From: Escherichia phage vB_Eco_F22
Length of the DNA: 64,000 nucleotides
Strand: one strand, 5' to 3'
Sequence record: OP870143.1
Shown here piece after piece: positions 8,616-19,269 of this stretch. Position numbers and translations under genes: made by a program. The notes below the pieces were generated by a model. The model ran no database searches. It saw nothing but the letters and a program-made list of their open reading frames with translations, and was not told where the DNA came from. How positions within the stretch are numbered: the first letter of the stretch is position 1; every line of letters starts with the position of its first letter.

Positions 8616-11180
8616 ATGTTAGTTGCAGATACTAATCAATCAGCCACTTCAGCGACACTGGGTGGCAAAGAAGCAATCGCCTTTGGCATCTCTGATGACC
8701 CGGCATTCTTTCACGTATTAAGTACTTCCTTGTATAACAACCCTACTCTGGCAGTAGTCCGTGAGACTATCTGTAACAGTTGGGATGCCCACATTGAAAC
8801 AGGTAAGACTGATACACCTATCCGTATTACCATTGATACTGACAACTTTATTACCTTCCGTGACTTTGGTAACGGAATCCCGGATGAACTCATTGGTTCC
8901 ATTTACGGTGTCTATGGTGCATCCACTAAGAAGTCCAACAGCAGTGTTACTGGTGGCTTTGGTCTGGGATGTAAATCCCCATTCGCTTATACAGATAGCT
9001 TCCAGGTTACTTCATGGAACCAAGGAAAGATGTCTGTGTATAACGTAGCTAAGGCTGCAATTGAGAATGATGGTAAACCAGGTATTGTTCCTATTGTTAC
9101 TGGTATTCCTACTGAGGAATCTGGTCTGGAAGTTAAATTCCAGTTAGGTAAGCACGACGTAAATACCTTTGTGCATTACATCACATCAATTGTGTTTAAC
9201 GGTGAAATTAAGGCCGAGCTTAGTCTTCCCAAATTAATTCGTGAAGAAACAGGTAATAGTATTCAACAAGGTGACTACACGCTACTGAATACATTAGGTA
9301 TGTCATTTGAACCTGGTTCGTATGATATGTCTGATAGCTGGTATCAAAGCTATATGGGTAGCAGTAACATCTTTGTTCGTTACGGTAACGTAATGTACCC
9401 AATAGTATCCAGCCCAGCTAGTGAAGAAGCTGTAGGTCTTATTCTCAACTTCATGAATATTATTGGTGCTGACACTTTAGTAGTTCAGGCTGCACCAGAT
9501 ACCTTAGCTATTGCCCCTAGTCGTGAAACCCTGTCTAACCAGAAGCTAACTGACGATGGTATTACTGCTCTATGTGTAGATTTAGTAGACCGTATGGAGA
9601 AAGAGATTAAGGCTAAGATTCCTGAAGCTATTAAGCAGATTGAAGAATACGCCTCTGAATCTTCTACTCAATATTGGGAATACCCATCTTTCCTGGGTGC
9701 TGTTACAGATAGAACTGTTCAACGCTATATGTCCTCCAGTTTGTGGGCTAAGCAACGTAAGCATCATATTAAGCACTGGCGTAATCTATCCAATAAGGCA
9801 TTACTAGCTCGCCCTGAGTATGCAGGTCTTAAAAAACTGTATAGTAAAGCTATGAGTGCTCTTAAGGATACTCGTGCAGATGGTACAAGATACCCATTCC
9901 AGGAATTAGTATACCGGCATCTGCACTTACCTCAGCTTGCTGCTTTAAAAGCCACTGGTATTAAGTGGTCTGGTTACATAATGAACCAAGGTTATAGTGT
10001 TGACCTGGTGAAAGGTAAACTTACTGACTACTTTAAGATAGGTTATAACTCCCATCTAGGTATTGGTATTTTCACTACTAAGAACGTTGTAGTTACTCGA
10101 CGTTTATCTGATTGTGCAGACTCTTTCTCATACTTCCCTGAATACAACCGGGGTGACCTGGAGCGTACAGCTTTTGTTCACGTCGTTGGTCCTAAGAAGG
10201 GTGAAGCAGAAAAAGCTGTAGCAAAGTTCACTGCTATGGGTTATCGGGTAATTGACCTTACTCAATATAATGAGTGGGACAAGCCAACTAACTTCCGTAG
10301 AGAACAGGCTAAGATAGCTGCCGAGAAGCGTGCTAAGACAATAGCTGCCAATAAAACCAAAGCAGGAGGTAAAACTAATGCACTGGTTTCATTGAATGCT
10401 GTACTAGGTATTATTCGTGAACGAAATATGAGTGGTGATTGGGAATCCAGGCCATATATTCAGGGGGAGTTTGCTGACCCAATCTACCATGAGAAGTCTG
10501 GTTTTGTTGAAGTAGAACTGCCCAAGTACTACGTACCAGCCAATCAGGTTGGTTCTGGTAGACCAGAAACTGCCAAGATAGGAACCATGTGGAAATGGTA
10601 TGAACTGTCCGATGAGATGAAAGCAGAAACTGTTGTCTGTCGTAATCAAATCGAAGTTAACAAGGCCAAACGTCGTGGTGCTATTCACATTGACGATATT
10701 CGTCTTAATGAACTGATGTCTGTTATTACCAGTAAGGGATTCAAGAAGTATGTCACTGAACAGCGTATCGGTGTTCTGGAATATGTAGGACTGGATGACA
10801 GAGAATACTGGGAAATTCTCGACATTCTGGGACTAACATTCAAACCATTACAGAATCTGGTTCTTAAACCAGAGTATGAATGGGCGTGTGACTTCCTAAG
10901 AAACCATCCACGTAACAAAGAGAGACTTATTGAGATGGGCCTCATTAAGTCAGTAGACGACTTAGAGCCATATGTAAGGATGGTTAATCCCCGTATGCAC
11001 AAGCATTACGAAGTACTTAAAAAGTACAAAGAACTATTCTGTTATAGCTGGGGTGCTGGTGACATCCTACAGAGCCTGGACTTGGGTAATTTAGTTAAAC
11101 ATCTCAAGAAGAATCCAGAGGATATTCCTGGGTTTAAGCCCCTCTACCATAATCGTCTAAATAAACTGAAAGGTAAATAA
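8616..11180 (+). CDS. rIIA: rIIA-like protein with GHKL-type ATPase domain
   Basis: GHKL Bergerat-fold motifs: N-box ETICNSWDA, G1 DFGNGIP, G2 GGFGLGCKSPF; 854 aa; GGAGAG RBS. Confidence 0.7.
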   Translation: MLVADTNQSATSATLGGKEAIAFGISDDPAFFHVLSTSLYNNPTLAVVRETICNSWDAHIETGKTDTPIRITIDTDNFITFRDFGNGIPDELIGSIYGVYGASTKKSNSSVTGGFGLGCKSPFAYTDSFQVTSWNQGKMSVYNVAKAAIENDGKPGIVPIVTGIPTEESGLEVKFQLGKHDVNTFVHYITSIVFNGEIKAELSLPKLIREETGNSIQQGDYTLLNTLGMSFEPGSYDMSDSWYQSYMGSSNIFVRYGNVMYPIVSSPASEEAVGLILNFMNIIGADTLVVQAAPDTLAIAPSRETLSNQKLTDDGITALCVDLVDRMEKEIKAKIPEAIKQIEEYASESSTQYWEYPSFLGAVTDRTVQRYMSSSLWAKQRKHHIKHWRNLSNKALLARPEYAGLKKLYSKAMSALKDTRADGTRYPFQELVYRHLHLPQLAALKATGIKWSGYIMNQGYSVDLVKGKLTDYFKIGYNSHLGIGIFTTKNVVVTRRLSDCADSFSYFPEYNRGDLERTAFVHVVGPKKGEAEKAVAKFTAMGYRVIDLTQYNEWDKPTNFRREQAKIAAEKRAKTIAANKTKAGGKTNALVSLNAVLGIIRERNMSGDWESRPYIQGEFADPIYHEKSGFVEVELPKYYVPANQVGSGRPETAKIGTMWKWYELSDEMKAETVVCRNQIEVNKAKRRGAIHIDDIRLNELMSVITSKGFKKYVTEQRIGVLEYVGLDDREYWEILDILGLTFKPLQNLVLKPEYEWACDFLRNHPRNKERLIEMGLIKSVDDLEPYVRMVNPRMHKHYEVLKKYKELFCYSWGAGDILQSLDLGNLVKHLKKNPEDIPGFKPLYHNRLNKLKGK

Positions 11181-11184
11181 TCTG

Positions 11185-13230
11185 ATGAAAATCGAATTGA
11201 TTTCTATCATCGCACTGGCAGTTGACAGTCGAAACCTCACACTGTGGAAGCCAGATGGCTCCACGGTTGTATATCCACAGAGTGACCCACGGGTTGCTCG
11301 TATTGTATCTGAAGCACAGACTAAAGGTCTGGGCACTATCCATGACCAAATAGAAGTAAACATTGCACCAGAAGTAGAGTTACGTATTGAATATCTGGAA
11401 GCAGAGAAGAACACCAACGGATTCGTCCGTTTCTTCAAGGTAGCTAAGGCTAAGCTAAAAGAGTTCTTCGAGGACGGTACAAGTAACCAGCCAGCTCGTA
11501 TCATTTCAGATATTAAGCTGGGTAATCCTATTAAGACATTAGTATCTAAAGCTATGGATACCTTCCTGGCTGTTCAGGCTAATGAACCAGAAGTAACAGT
11601 AGCAGATGGTTGCTATGACAAACGTGACAATCTGATGTGGGTTACTGGTTGGGACAAAGACCATAACCATCTTGCACTGGTTCGTTTTATTAACGACGTA
11701 CTGGGTTGGGGTTATGACCATACTAATCGCATCCTTGCACGGGAATGGCCTATTGCAATTCGTGCGGTATCCGATGATGAAATGGGTGAGTTTGCTAAAC
11801 AAGCTCAGAATATCAAAGGCGTACACGTTGTATTTACCAATCGTGAAGAAACACCACTGCCTTATGTGGAAGTGGTTAAAACTACTAACCAGGATAAGCT
11901 GGCTGCTGCTTCAGAGAAGCTGGCTGCATTAGGTGCTATCAGTACTGATGATGCTAACTTCCACACTGATGTGAAGGAAGATGAGGTAGTTGTTGCTGTT
12001 ACCAACAATGGGGTTATCCCTGGGGTTGAGAACCTGCAACGTCACCTGCGTCAGTCTGCCAAGCTGAAAGACTACAAGGGCTTTACCAAGTTCCTTGAGC
12101 GTCTGGCCCCGGTTATTAAAGACCGTCTGCACTCAGTGGAAGACCTGATGAAGTTCATGGAAACTGCTGAACTGCCTATCGCTGATGATGGCTCCATCCT
12201 GTTCCTGAAACGACTTAAGTTCAGGAGTACAGAAGATGGTAAACGTGTATTCGTTGACTGTCACTCAGGCAACATCCGTCAGTGGGTAGGCTGTAAAGTA
12301 CAGGTACGAGAAGACCTGGTAGACCCTGACCGTCGTCAGGACTGCTCCAATGGTCTGCACGTAGCATCCATGAGTTACATCCGTACCTTCGGCGGTAACG
12401 TAACTATCCTTGGTAAAGTAGCACCAGAAGATGTATTTGCTGTTCCTGAGTACAACACTAATAAGATGCGTGTAGCTGCGTATCACATTATTGCTGAACT
12501 ACCAGAAGAAGAACGTTGCAACGTTAACAATGGCATCTATCTGTCTAAGACAGAAGTAGGTAAGAAGTTACTTAATGATGCCATCGTTGGGAACCATAGC
12601 TCACCTACCACACTTGTTATGGTTGGTGGTCACTATGGTACTAACCTCAAATACACTAATCTCTCATCTGGTTTTGTAGAACAATTCCGTACAGTTGCTA
12701 ATAAAGAAGCACTGAATATGGAAGAGTCACTGAATGAAGCTGTAGCCGCTGAACCAGTGAAGGCTACTGACCTTAAACCTGTTGTTAAGAAGGCTCCAAC
12801 TGTGAAAGAACAAATTCAGGAACTCCTTGGTGAGTTCTTATCTGCATCTACTATGGAAGATAAGTTAGCTGCTGCTGACTTATTGGTAGAGTTACGTGGC
12901 AAAGCTCGTAAGCCTTGGGCTGCTCTAGGTGTTTGTAGTTCTGCTGTAGATGCTATTGCTGCTGTACGTAGTACTCGTATTCCTGTTCCAAAGCCTGAAC
13001 CAGTGAAGAAAGCTAAGGCTGTCCGTTCGGCTGCTGCTACTAAAGTAGCTCCGTCCGGTAAACACGCTGATAACCTGCGTAGCATCCTGAACGATACGTC
13101 ATATTCTGACTATCAGAAAGGCCATGCTCTGCAAGACTATAAGCGTCATGCTAAGAAGTCGTTCACTGCAATGGGTCTGACTGAAGAAGAAGCTAACTTA
13201 GCTACCAAACTGGTCAAAGCTGCTAAGTAA
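11185..13230 (+). CDS. rIIB: rIIB-like protein (assigned by adjacency to rIIA)
   Basis: 681-aa ORF directly downstream of the rIIA-like gene; no diagnostic motif recognised, so this is a positional call. Confidence 0.4.
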   Translation: MKIELISIIALAVDSRNLTLWKPDGSTVVYPQSDPRVARIVSEAQTKGLGTIHDQIEVNIAPEVELRIEYLEAEKNTNGFVRFFKVAKAKLKEFFEDGTSNQPARIISDIKLGNPIKTLVSKAMDTFLAVQANEPEVTVADGCYDKRDNLMWVTGWDKDHNHLALVRFINDVLGWGYDHTNRILAREWPIAIRAVSDDEMGEFAKQAQNIKGVHVVFTNREETPLPYVEVVKTTNQDKLAAASEKLAALGAISTDDANFHTDVKEDEVVVAVTNNGVIPGVENLQRHLRQSAKLKDYKGFTKFLERLAPVIKDRLHSVEDLMKFMETAELPIADDGSILFLKRLKFRSTEDGKRVFVDCHSGNIRQWVGCKVQVREDLVDPDRRQDCSNGLHVASMSYIRTFGGNVTILGKVAPEDVFAVPEYNTNKMRVAAYHIIAELPEEERCNVNNGIYLSKTEVGKKLLNDAIVGNHSSPTTLVMVGGHYGTNLKYTNLSSGFVEQFRTVANKEALNMEESLNEAVAAEPVKATDLKPVVKKAPTVKEQIQELLGEFLSASTMEDKLAAADLLVELRGKARKPWAALGVCSSAVDAIAAVRSTRIPVPKPEPVKKAKAVRSAAATKVAPSGKHADNLRSILNDTSYSDYQKGHALQDYKRHAKKSFTAMGLTEEEANLATKLVKAAK

Positions 13231-13245
13231 TAGCCTGTTCAAATG

Positions 13246-13272
13246 CCCTCACTTATAATAAAGTGAGGGTAA
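13246..13272 (+). terminator. terminator-like hairpin (weak T-tract)
   Basis: ccctcactt-ataata-aagtgaggg followed by taaattt. Confidence 0.35.
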
Positions 13273-13292
13273 ATTTGAAGAGGAAATGTACT

Positions 13293-13688
13293 ATGAGTAG
13301 TGTATATCGTGTAAACCGTAAGGCTACTGATGAAGACATCATTCGAATGAATGCTGTTGGATTGTCTCTGGCAACCATTGCTAAAACATTGGGTGTTCAC
13401 CCAACAACCGTGACCTTACGGTTACGTTCTTTAAACATTGAACCAGCCGACACACGTCGGACGTTCATGGAGAATGTACTCCGTCCATTACCAACCCATG
13501 TGGCAGATTGGCTATCAGAACAAGTTGGTCCTGCTTATGAGATTCGTTCATATGTAAGGGACTTGATTCTGGAGGCATATAATAATCGCCACCTTAACCA
13601 AGAGAGTGAGCATGACAAGTTCATCCGTTTGTACGCTGGAAAGAACCGAAGCCTGGTTCAAGAAAGCAGTACCGAATCCGACGAGTAA
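13293..13688 (+). CDS. helix-turn-helix DNA-binding protein
   Basis: HTH-like segment LSLATIAKTLGVHPTTVTLRLRSL; ATG at 13293 with GAGGAA RBS. Confidence 0.5.
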   Translation: MSSVYRVNRKATDEDIIRMNAVGLSLATIAKTLGVHPTTVTLRLRSLNIEPADTRRTFMENVLRPLPTHVADWLSEQVGPAYEIRSYVRDLILEAYNNRHLNQESEHDKFIRLYAGKNRSLVQESSTESDE

Positions 13689-14064
13689 GAACATTAGTAC
13701 CCAGGTGGGCTGTCACCTGGAAGAAGTAGCAGAGATGCTTAATGCCCTCACTAACGCTGACCCAGAGTTAGCTAGTAAGATGGGCTTCCTAAGTGAAGCC
13801 ATTGACCACGTAGGTAACCTCATCAAAAAGAATGGGGGTATTGTGGTCAAAGACCGTGTGGAACTGTTGGATGCTCTGGCTGATCAGATTGTTACAGCAA
13901 CTGGCATCGGTACTTTCCTTGGGATGAATGTCCCTGGAGCATTGGCTGAAGTCAATCGCTCAAACTATTCTAAGTTCGAAGATGGAGAACCCATCTTCAA
14001 TGAGAACAAGAAAGTCATGAAGGGGAAAGACTATACGCCACCAGACCTGAGTAAATTTATCTGA
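13606..14064 (+). CDS. MazG-like nucleotide pyrophosphohydrolase
   Basis: EExxE-type motif HLEEVAEML with characteristic helix spacing; N-terminus overlaps the previous gene by 83 nt in another frame. Confidence 0.55.
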   Translation: MSMTSSSVCTLERTEAWFKKAVPNPTSKNISTQVGCHLEEVAEMLNALTNADPELASKMGFLSEAIDHVGNLIKKNGGIVVKDRVELLDALADQIVTATGIGTFLGMNVPGALAEVNRSNYSKFEDGEPIFNENKKVMKGKDYTPPDLSKFI

Positions 14065-14070
14065 GGTATA

Positions 14071-14202
14071 TATGACTGAAGATTTTCTGGCATGGTTTGA
14101 TAAGAATTTCCCTGTACATCTTTGGCCTTCCGAAGAAGAACGAGAGGAAATTAAAACATACACATGGCTCGCTTGGCGTGATGCTAAAAGAGTAAATATT
14201 TA
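14071..14202 (+). CDS. small hypothetical protein (43 aa, not in the ORF track)
   Basis: ATG at 14071 with GAGG RBS, read by hand to TAA at 14200-14202, immediately followed by a terminator. Confidence 0.3.
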
Positions 14203-14207
14203 AAAAT

Positions 14208-14231
14208 AACCCTCTACGGAGGGTTTTTTAC
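14208..14231 (+). terminator. Rho-independent terminator
   Basis: Hairpin aaccctc-tacg-gagggtt followed by tttttt. Confidence 0.7.
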
Positions 14232-14242
14232 TGGAGATTTAA

Positions 14243-15553
14243 ATGTTTTCCAAACCTACCAAAGCCCCATTGAACCAGGGGCAAGAAGCGGTTGCGAAGG
14301 AGTTCTTCGACTTCCTGCTCGACCCTAATGCCACAGAGTTCGGAATCAGTGGACCTGGAGGAACTGGTAAGACATTCCTGATGTCGCACCTTATTGATGA
14401 CACTATGCCTGCATATATGGAAACCTGTTCTTTGATGGGAACCAAGCCTCTGTATAACGAAGTTGTCATGACTGCGACCACGAACAAAGCTGCTGAAGTT
14501 CTGGCTCAGGCTACTGGACGACCAACCTCTACCTATCATTCCTTCCAGGGACTGATTGTTAAGAATGACTTTAAGACTGGTGAAGCTAATGTCGTACCGT
14601 CTAAGTCATTCACTATTAAGAAGAACAAAATTATCTTCGTAGATGAAGCATCCATGATTGACCGTCAGTTACTTAAGTATGCTCGTGAAGGTACTCACCA
14701 GTGCAAACTGGTATTCGTAGGTGATGCTTCTCAGCTTCTGCCTGTTAAAGAGAGTAAGTCTCCAGTGTACGCAGGTAATATCCCAACACACTATCTGACT
14801 GAACAGATGCGTACCGATACACCAGAACTCAAAACATTGCACCAGCAATTGCGTGATACGGTGGAAGGTAAGACAGGCTTCCTACCTATTAAATGTATTC
14901 CAGGTATCATTGACTGGGTGCAGGGGGAAGAGATGGAGAAACTGGTTCTCAGTCACTTCACTCAGCCCACCAATAGCCGTATTGTTGCTTACACAAATGA
15001 CCAGGTTATTAATTACAATAACTACATTCGTGAAGCTAATGGATATGTGGGTGAATACTCCATCGGTGAACAGCTTGTTTCTAACTCAGCCGTTCGCTTA
15101 GGCGTGGATGACCGTCTGTCTATCGAGCAGGACGTAAAACTCATTGACCAGGATAGCAGTACTCGCATGATTAAGGTTACAGGTGACCTGGAACTGGAAG
15201 TTCGTGATAGTACTCTTGACCTTGGCTATGGTGGTATTGTTAGTGAAGTACCGGTTCCTACCGACCCAGACTACTTCAACCGTTTGGTTAAGTGGTTAGG
15301 TAAAGAGAAGAACTGGGAACCTTATTTCCGTCTTAAAGAAACCATTCCAGACCTTCGTGCTACTCATGCATGTACTGTTCATAAATCACAAGGCTCTACT
15401 TACGACACAATCTTTATTGATGCAAATGACCTCTCAAGCTGTCGCCAACCTGATATGGTTGCCCGTCTGCTTTACGTCGCTGTGTCTCGTGCTCGTAAGC
15501 GTGTAGTGTTCTATGGCAATCTTGCCAGTAAGTATGGTGGTCTAACTTTCTAA
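14243..15553 (+). CDS. SF1 DNA helicase (Dda/RecD-like)
   Basis: Walker A GPGGTGKTF, Walker B IIFVDEASM, and C-terminal helicase motifs (VHKSQGSTYD). Confidence 0.85.
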   Translation: MFSKPTKAPLNQGQEAVAKEFFDFLLDPNATEFGISGPGGTGKTFLMSHLIDDTMPAYMETCSLMGTKPLYNEVVMTATTNKAAEVLAQATGRPTSTYHSFQGLIVKNDFKTGEANVVPSKSFTIKKNKIIFVDEASMIDRQLLKYAREGTHQCKLVFVGDASQLLPVKESKSPVYAGNIPTHYLTEQMRTDTPELKTLHQQLRDTVEGKTGFLPIKCIPGIIDWVQGEEMEKLVLSHFTQPTNSRIVAYTNDQVINYNNYIREANGYVGEYSIGEQLVSNSAVRLGVDDRLSIEQDVKLIDQDSSTRMIKVTGDLELEVRDSTLDLGYGGIVSEVPVPTDPDYFNRLVKWLGKEKNWEPYFRLKETIPDLRATHACTVHKSQGSTYDTIFIDANDLSSCRQPDMVARLLYVAVSRARKRVVFYGNLASKYGGLTF

Positions 15554-15563
15554 GGGAGGGTAT

Positions 15564-16094
15564 ATGCCTCAGATTGGTTCAGCGACTATTGGTCAGGTTG
15601 CCAATAGCAGTGAGATAGTCAAACACCTGTTCTTAGCAGAACTGGTTCGTCTTGATGGTGTGTTAAACGGTATCATTGATAAGAACGACCGTATCAATGG
15701 TGTAGATGTATCGGCTGGATTCCTTCACCAAGGGGAGTTCTATCAGCGTTCTAACGCTACCAGACCTCCAACCTACGGTGAGCGATTAACACTTAATCCA
15801 GAACTTTGGCCTGCAATGGACAAGTATCTGAAAGCCTCCAGTCGTCTGATTATGGAAGTACACCTTGTGAACCAGACTGTATATCGACTGGTTCGCGGTT
15901 GTATGTCCTATCAGGATGTACGTGATGCTTTACCTGAATGTCTGGTAGCTCAGGACCAGACTGGTCAGTACAAAGGGCTACCACGTACTCGTGAAGCAGC
16001 TTGGACTCTTGCTGGTGATGCTATGGCAATCAAACAGTATGAGAAGATTCTACCTTCTATTGAGTACTATGCAGCTTCACATCTGATCTTCTAA
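15564..16094 (+). CDS. hypothetical protein
   Basis: 176-aa ORF with GGGAGGG RBS. Confidence 0.5.
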   Translation: MPQIGSATIGQVANSSEIVKHLFLAELVRLDGVLNGIIDKNDRINGVDVSAGFLHQGEFYQRSNATRPPTYGERLTLNPELWPAMDKYLKASSRLIMEVHLVNQTVYRLVRGCMSYQDVRDALPECLVAQDQTGQYKGLPRTREAAWTLAGDAMAIKQYEKILPSIEYYAASHLIF

Positions 16095-16103
16095 GGTAAA
16101 GCT

Positions 16104-18683
16104 ATGCGTTACATCACCTCTCAGGATACTGGCAAGTATCCTATTGCTATCCTCGGTCATCAAATCCGAAGGGAGGAGATGATTAAAACCTACCTGCTGC
16201 CTTATGACCTAAGCATGGAAGATTTCATCTTCCTTGAACTTCATTCTGCTCCCGGTAAGAAGAAGACTCCTGCAAGGGAGATTAAAGAGTTCATTCGGCA
16301 GGAACTACAGCAAGTACTGGATGATGCAGAGACTCAGTACATTATATGTACCGATTCTGACTACTTTAAGATACTGACTAAAGAAGCTAAAGCAGAGGCT
16401 AACCTCGGCTATGTTTGTGACTCAGTATGGGGTAAGCAGAAGGTTATCTATACACCCAGTTACAGACAGGTCTTTTATGACCCACCTGTAGTGAAAGCCA
16501 AGATTGCTCAGGGTATGGATGCATTACTTAACCACATTCGTGGACAGTATGCTGAACCAGGACAGGGAATCATTGAGTTTGAAGCCTATCCAGATACGCC
16601 TGAAAAGATTAAAGCCTGGTTAGACCAGTTGCTTGAGATGAATAAGCCTCTGGCTATAGACATCGAATCCTTCGGTTTAAAGCACTATAACGCTGGTATA
16701 GGAACGATTACGTTCTGTTGGAGTAAGACACAAGGCATAGCCTTTAATGTGGACTACGAGCCGATTAAGGGGGCTACTGAAGCTCCTTATGGGCGTATCA
16801 ACAGGAACGATGTTGTTCGTAACCTATTACGTGAGTTCTTCATTAAGTACACACAGCGGCAGATGTATCACAACATTAGCTATGACGTGTACATACTTAT
16901 CTATCAGTTATTCATGGATAATCTGATTGATACGGAGGGCTTACTGCATGGCATGGAAATCATGCTGCGTAACTGGGACTGTACTAAGTTAATCACATAT
17001 CTGGCTACTAACAGTTGTGCTGGCAATCACCTTAGTCTTAAAGACCAGGCTCAGGAGTATGCTGGTAACTATGCTCAGGATGATATTAAAGACATTCGTC
17101 TTATTCCTAATGAGCAATTGTTACGCTACAACCTCATTGATGGTTTGTGTACCTGGTACACCTATGAGAAGCACTGGGATACTCTCATTGCTGATGACCA
17201 ACTAGATGTTTACAACAACATCTTTAAGCCAGCCTGCGAAGATATTATCCAGATGCAACTTACCGGTATGCCCATGAATATGGATACCGTTAACCAAGTA
17301 GCTAAGGAGATGGAAACTGACAGGAACCAGGCTCTGAAAACTATTCGTGAGTCTAAGCTCATGAAGAATTTCACACTGATGCTTCGTCAGGAATGGGTAG
17401 ACGATAAGAATGCTAAGCTTAAGAAGAAGCAGGTAACATTGGCTGACTGTGACATTGAGTTTAATCCTAACTCCGGTCCACAATTACAGAAACTGTTATT
17501 TGATTATATTGGCTTACCGGTTCTTAGCCTTACTAAGAGCAAGCAACCTGCTACTGACGGCGACACTATTAAAGCACTGCGTACACATACGCAGAGTGAA
17601 GATGTTAAGGAACTGCTCAATGCACTTATCGACTATAAACTCGTGGATAAGATTATCACTAGTTTTATACCAGCTTTCAGGAATGCCCAACCGGGGCCAG
17701 ATGGCTGGCACTACCTATTCGGCAACCTCAATCTGGGAGGCACAGTATCAGGACGTCTCTCAGCGTCTGAACCTAACCTACAGACCATCCCCAGTGGTTC
17801 CAAATATGCCAAGAAGATTAAGAAATGCTTCGAAGCACCACCAGGCTGGATATTTTGTGGACTGGACTTTGCAAGCCTTGAAGACCGTATCTCAGCTTTA
17901 ACTACGAAAGACCCTCAGAAACTTAAGGTGTATACCGATGGTTATGATGGGCATAGTCTACGTGCATATGCTTACTTCGGTGAGCAGATGCCAGACATTG
18001 TAGATACAGTTGAGTCAATCAATTCTATTCAGACGAAGTACAAGCACTTGCGTAGTGATTCTAAAGCCCCAACCTTCTTGCTTACCTATGGTGGCACGTA
18101 TATGGGCTTGATGAAAAACTGTGGCTTCTCGGAAGAGAAAGCTAAGACAACAGAGAAACGTTATCACGATCTCTATGTAGTTAGTGATATGTGGGTTCAG
18201 GCTAAGCTAGACGAAGCTGCCAAAACTGGTTATGTAACTGCTGCATTTGGTTTGAGAGTGCGTACTCCTTTACTGGCTCAGGTATTACGTGGGACATGTA
18301 AGACTCCATATGAAGCAGAAGCTGAAGGTAGAACTGCTGGTAATGCCTTGGGGCAAAGCTGGTGTCTACTGAATAACCGTGCTGGTTCAGAGTTTATGCG
18401 TAAAGTCAGAGCCAGTGAGTTCAGATTAGATATACGTCCTAGTATTCACATTCATGATGCTCAGTACTTCATGATTCGTGACAACATGGATACCTTGCAG
18501 TACACGAACAAGCATTTGGTTGAAGCCGTTAACTGGCAAGACCATCCTGATATTGCTCATCCAGAAGTTGGTTTGGGTGGGGAACTATCCTTGTTTTACC
18601 CAACGTGGGCTAACGAGATTGAGATTCCAAATCACGCTACCCCAGAAGAAGTTAATCAAATAATTCAAAAGGCATTCGCATGA
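16104..18683 (+). CDS. family A (Pol I-like) DNA polymerase with 3'-5' exonuclease domain
   Basis: Exo motif LAIDIESFG (DxE), polymerase motif B-like RSDSKAPTFLLTYGG, motif C-like IHIHDAQ; 859 aa. Confidence 0.85.
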   Translation: MRYITSQDTGKYPIAILGHQIRREEMIKTYLLPYDLSMEDFIFLELHSAPGKKKTPAREIKEFIRQELQQVLDDAETQYIICTDSDYFKILTKEAKAEANLGYVCDSVWGKQKVIYTPSYRQVFYDPPVVKAKIAQGMDALLNHIRGQYAEPGQGIIEFEAYPDTPEKIKAWLDQLLEMNKPLAIDIESFGLKHYNAGIGTITFCWSKTQGIAFNVDYEPIKGATEAPYGRINRNDVVRNLLREFFIKYTQRQMYHNISYDVYILIYQLFMDNLIDTEGLLHGMEIMLRNWDCTKLITYLATNSCAGNHLSLKDQAQEYAGNYAQDDIKDIRLIPNEQLLRYNLIDGLCTWYTYEKHWDTLIADDQLDVYNNIFKPACEDIIQMQLTGMPMNMDTVNQVAKEMETDRNQALKTIRESKLMKNFTLMLRQEWVDDKNAKLKKKQVTLADCDIEFNPNSGPQLQKLLFDYIGLPVLSLTKSKQPATDGDTIKALRTHTQSEDVKELLNALIDYKLVDKIITSFIPAFRNAQPGPDGWHYLFGNLNLGGTVSGRLSASEPNLQTIPSGSKYAKKIKKCFEAPPGWIFCGLDFASLEDRISALTTKDPQKLKVYTDGYDGHSLRAYAYFGEQMPDIVDTVESINSIQTKYKHLRSDSKAPTFLLTYGGTYMGLMKNCGFSEEKAKTTEKRYHDLYVVSDMWVQAKLDEAAKTGYVTAAFGLRVRTPLLAQVLRGTCKTPYEAEAEGRTAGNALGQSWCLLNNRAGSEFMRKVRASEFRLDIRPSIHIHDAQYFMIRDNMDTLQYTNKHLVEAVNWQDHPDIAHPEVGLGGELSLFYPTWANEIEIPNHATPEEVNQIIQKAFA

Positions 18684-18985
18684 CTAAAAGTACTAAAGAA
18701 ACCGTCGTCAAAAAATATCATTGGATGGTGGCAGCACAGGTAATCTTCCAGCTTCCTAAAGCTGAAGATGGTTCCCTGCTTACCATGAACACAATGCTGC
18801 TCACTGACGAACCTCATGTGACTTATAAAGATTTGGCTCGTGTCAATCACTCCCTGAAGATTAGTCTGGACCAGCGTTTCGACACCTCGGTTGACCTGAA
18901 AGATATTGTTTATCTGTCTCTTAGCAACCTGGGTCTGATGTCTGAACCAGAGTTCCAGGCAAACATGATTCCCAAGGGGGAATAA
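18680..18985 (+). CDS. hypothetical protein
   Basis: 101-aa ORF with start overlapping the polymerase stop. Confidence 0.45.
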   Translation: MTKSTKETVVKKYHWMVAAQVIFQLPKAEDGSLLTMNTMLLTDEPHVTYKDLARVNHSLKISLDQRFDTSVDLKDIVYLSLSNLGLMSEPEFQANMIPKGE

Positions 18986-19269
18986 TGACTAAGCTCTCCG
19001 GTGGTCTTAATAACTACTATGTAGTTCCAATTAAGAATCCCCAACGGAAAGAGCAAGAGCCATATCAAGCAGAGTGTGAGGATATTATCCAAGCACTGGG
19101 CATGACCTTCGATGAAGGTTGTGCCTTTAAAGCTCTATGGCGAAATGCTGCTGCCCGTATGGGTAATGGTAAACCAGGTAACTCTTCGGTGTACGACTCA
19201 GAGAAGATTGTGCACTATGCCAATCGAATATTGAAAAAGGCTTATAATGAAGATAACCAACAATCATGA
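18985..19269 (+). CDS. hypothetical protein
   Basis: 94-aa ORF, translationally coupled to its neighbours. Confidence 0.45.
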   Translation: MTKLSGGLNNYYVVPIKNPQRKEQEPYQAECEDIIQALGMTFDEGCAFKALWRNAAARMGNGKPGNSSVYDSEKIVHYANRILKKAYNEDNQQS

